From: Eledone cirrhosa
Taxonomy: Eukaryota
NCBI GenBank assembly: GCA_964016885.1
Contig: OZ024751.1
Location: 7,440,001-7,504,000, forward strand
Direction of reading: 5' to 3'
DNA length: 64,000 nt
Part shown: positions 59,978 to 64,000 of the stretch, one piece after another
How positions within the stretch are numbered: the stretch's first letter is position 1
Layout of the letters: every line of letters starts with the position of its first letter
Notes under the pieces: model-generated
Told to the model about the DNA's origin: nothing
Database searches by the model: none
What the model saw: only the letters and a program-made list of their open reading frames with translations
Translations under genes and position numbers: made by a program

Positions 59978-60363
59978 GGGCGGTGGATTGGCAGTATCGG
60001 TAGAGGGTTGACGACATGCTTTGACACATAGAGTTACGGCCCTTACCATTCTGAGTTCAAATCCCGCCGAGGTTAACTTTGTCTTTCATCCTTACGGGGT
60101 CGATAAAATAAAGTACCAGTAATGCACTGGGTAATTGCTGGCCTTGTGCCAAAAGTAGAAATAATTAATATTATTCGGATTGGCAGTATCGGTAGAGGGT
60201 CAGACGCCATGCTTTCTAGCATAGAGTTACGTTCCTTTACGGACTGATTTCAAATCCCTCCAAGGTTAACTTTGCCTTTTATCCTTACTGGGTCGATAAA
60301 ATAAAGTACCAGTAATGTACTTGGTTACAGCTGGCCTTGTGCCAAAATTAGAAACAATTATTA
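59978..60363 (+). mobile_element. Two tandem SINE family A copies
   Basis: 59978-60170 and 60177-60363, each with A box, B box, core and tail. Confidence 0.93.
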
Positions 60364-60910
60364 CATAATGCTAATTTAACTTTGATACATCAATGTAGAT
60401 ATGTGATATAGTATATTATTAATTTGTAAAGGCAGATATATGCTATATATATATTTGTGTGTACGATACCTTCAAGTCTGTCACAACAAATGTTGGAAGA
60501 TATCTCTAAAATATATAAATGCTGGAAGATATCTCTAAAATTATTACTCGACATTTTTTTAGATTTATGTAGCAATGGTGTATTATATTTATTCAATAAA
60601 TAGGATCATTGAAATGTTATGTGACAGAATATGAAAGTTATATATAACGGACTATAATATTTGCTATATCGTCCCCATATTATAGGAGGAAGACACAATA
60701 TCTTAAATTTGTTGTTTTTATATTATCATTTGAACACGTATGTATAATATAATAAATATATATTCAGTCTTTTGAATCATCAACACAAGTTTTTATTCTA
60801 AAAACCTCTATGATATTGAACAAAACAAAATATTTAGGAAGTTATATTAACTTATCTAAACGCCCGTGAATATGAAAATTGATACACACATAAATATATG
60901 TACTCACACA

Positions 60911-61003
<93 letters not shown>

Positions 61004-61634
61004 TTAGTCTGTTTATATATATATATGTGTGTGTGTATGTATGTGTGTATAGGTGTCGGCCTTTGTATATTTCTATATATGTATGTTTGTTAGTATATGT
61101 GTGAACTTATGTTTCCTTCTGCAATTACATTAGTATCATGTAGGAAATTCTAAATATATTAAACAAATTTTTGATATAATACAAAACAAGAAGGTATACG
61201 TCTAAAAATGCATTTTATGATGTCGACCAGCCTGGAGTCTTTCCAAATCAGGTAATAAAATTATGACACAATGCATATATTCTATTGCGTATATCAACCA
61301 CTAAATCCTACAATAATAATAATTCTAACAATAATATTGATAATACTATTCTATCTGTGGGCTTTTCGCCAAATTGAACATATTCTGTGTCTGTACGTTT
61401 TGGAAAAACGTCAGAAAAATTACACTTTTATCGAACAAATATTTAATATCGCTTCCTTTTGCTTCTTTGAAGCATGTTATTATTTATCTCACTCATTTTA
61501 TCTTACATTTGATAGCTTTGGTAATATTCTATCATTCGGGATCATACATAGACATTTCCATTTTTTATTTATTACAACATCTTACCTTTAAACAATAGAA
61601 ATTCGTGCTTAGAAACTATTTACTTGTTTGTATC

Positions 61635-61765
61635 GGCGGCGAATTAGCAGAGTCGTTAGGACGTATTCGTTCCGGCTCTCTGCTCTCTAAGTTCAAATTC
61701 AGCCAAGTTCAACTTGCTTTCATCCTTTCGAGGTCGATTAAAAAAGTTTTAGTCTAGTACTGGCG
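61635..61765 (+). mobile_element. Older SINE-A-related copy
   Basis: ggcggcgaattagcagagtcgttag...aagttcaaattc...ctttcatcctttcgaggtcgat. Confidence 0.75.
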
Positions 61766-62199
61766 TGGGTTCTTCTTCCGTGTCTGCTGTACTCAGGCCT
61801 GGAGAAGGATGTGCTCCGCGAGGCTTAAAATGCCCAAGAAACGCCGTATTTCAATACGCCAACCCTACGACTCTATCAGGAGTTACTGGCCCATACATCC
61901 TTACTTAAAGTATCACATTTTCTGCAGGAATGCTTTTCGCTTCTTTAATCTTAATATGACTAAACTCGTCAAAGGTGGCCGAGTTTTAGGTCCATATTAT
62001 AATAACGATCCTAGGCGCCAACGCAACATGAAAATAATAATAATATAACATAGATAGATAAATCTTAAGATTTGAAAATGAGCAAGATAATAATGATAAG
62101 TATAGAGTAAACTAAAACAGAGTTAGAAACACTTAAATACGCTTGATAAACATAATGTACAAACTTTCATGGGGTTGAACAGTGTTAATGAGTTTATTT

Positions 62200-63300
62200 C
62201 TTAAACAAAAGACGAGAAGTTGTGCCGACAAACATCGTTCATTTAATTATTCATTTCACATTATTCATATTTAGTAACTATATTTCTCAGACAAGACATA
62301 GAATCGATGATCAGTAACATGTCCGTTGATATTTAATTACACTGAAAGGGACAGGTAAGGAAGTCTATTTTAGTTGATCCTGCGCCCAATGTATTGAGAT
62401 ATTGATTTTCATAATGTAAAACATCTAATTTGTTATCATCTCAACAATGAATTTCGTTAATCACAACGATGAACAGGGACCGTTCTGATTCAACAAGAGC
62501 TACTCATCAGAATGCTAGTTATATGATGCTTGATAAATATATAAAGTTCAATTGTGGAGAAATGATACAGATTGTGTAAAGTAGTACTTTAGTTTCAAGG
62601 ACTGAAATGATATTTGGACAATATTATTTATTAAAGTTTTAGCAGGATACGCTAAAACCCTTGTTAAACACAACGATTCTTCTTCATGAACAGGGACCGT
62701 TATGTTACAAGAACTTCTCAACTGAATGTTTGTTAATAAAAGATGAATGATAAATGTATAATGTTCAGTTGTTGAGAAATAATACAGATGCTGCAACGTA
62801 GTACTTTAGTTTCAAGGTGCCAAAGGGTGTTTGGATGATATTATTTATTAATGATTTCATCCTTTCATCCTTACGGGGTTGATCAAGTAAAGTACCAGTA
62901 ATGCACTGGGATAATTGCTGGCCTTGTGCCAAAAGTAGAAACAATTATTTATTAATGATTTAGCAAAAGACACCAAAGCTAGACCTGCCAACTTCTAAAA
63001 TGTCAAACGGGTGTACCATGAATATAGGTACCTTAATTGGAGGAAAAAGGAGGCAAAATGGGGAGATTTTAGATAATTATAGCTATACCCATTTTCAAAA
63101 GAGACGACGCGTTTCTCCCATCCAAAAGTGGAAGGGAGATATCCCCGTCGGACGGGAGAGTTGACAAGTTGAACAAAGCCAATAACTGAAATATCACTAT
63201 TTCATAATTTTATATCACAATTCCTTGTTGAAGACTCGGCAAACACAAACGATAATACCTGTCCAACGATAATACTACAGTGAATAATGGCCTGTAATTG
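62200..63300 (-). pseudogene. Possible decayed leucine-rich-repeat gene with a ~217-bp internal duplication
   Basis: YSYNYLKSPHFASFFLQLRYLYSWYTRL, TLQHLY, RSLFMKKNR and CPFQCN* (LRR-CT-like); many stops and frameshifts. Confidence 0.35.
62856..62947 (+). mobile_element. SINE family A 3' half with a 14-bp TSD
   Basis: TSD tttattaatgattt on both sides. Confidence 0.88.
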
Positions 63301-63671
63301 AAATATATAATTATGATATATTTTAAGAGAATGGAAATGGTATGTCTAACCTTATTAGTTTTAGTATCCATTCGGTGATAATATTTTCCACAAATCTACA
63401 TTTTCAGGATTTGTTTGATTTAAAGTTTCTCTATATTTTTTTACGTATCTTCTTTATAAATATTTGAATATAAAGTTTAAGTATATGAGGAACATCCACG
63501 AGCATAGTTTGCCATGAGCACTACATTGGTGTTGTAGATAATGCTTATAATCGTGATAATTGAATAGTTGCATACACGCACTCTATTTCACTATCTGACA
63601 CACGCACGCTTACACACAGTTACCTGTACACACACAACAACAACAACAACACACACATTATATATAAATAA

Positions 63672-63735
<64 letters not shown>

Positions 63736-63799
63736 TACATTTGCATTGTAGATAATGCTATCATGTTCATCCTGAAGCGTTTCCCGATAATTGAAAATT

Positions 63800-63846
<47 letters not shown>

Positions 63847-64000
63847 TTCGCTTAACACAATACCATTTATTTATTTAGATAGGGCAGGACTTGTTATATA
63901 TAAAATTAAACATCGGAATCATGAATAAATATAACATCGAGAAAAGAGTTATTGGATAAAACCCAAATCAATAAATCTATAAATATGGATTATTCTCATA

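Overview
Eukaryotic, very AT-rich, repeat-dominated DNA. The microsatellite load and SINE/LINE types suggest a coleoid cephalopod (Octopus-like); this is an inference. Nearly all listed ORFs are microsatellite artefacts ([12 protein letters not shown]). Supported content: (1) one probable host first coding exon encoding a signal peptide (5669-5782, +), after which the window looks intronic; (2) about 17 copies of one tRNA-derived SINE family plus a second SINE family; (3) six R4/Dong-like restriction-endonuclease retrotransposon 3' fragments clustered at 15.4-21.5 kb, two more at 52-54.5 kb, and RTE-like and L1/Tx1-like remnants; (4) a decayed Penelope-like element (RT plus GIY-YIG) with a hammerhead ribozyme and an inverted terminal copy; (5) many small non-coding elements embedded in (TA)n tracts: long fold-back palindromes, direct-repeat elements, a ~394-bp retrozyme-like unit with a covarying minimal hammerhead, and tiny inserts holding only half a hammerhead; (6) a possible decayed LRR pseudogene near the end. 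The best candidate for an undescribed system is the (TA)n-associated set of hammerhead and fold-back mini-retroelements. All alignments were done by eye.
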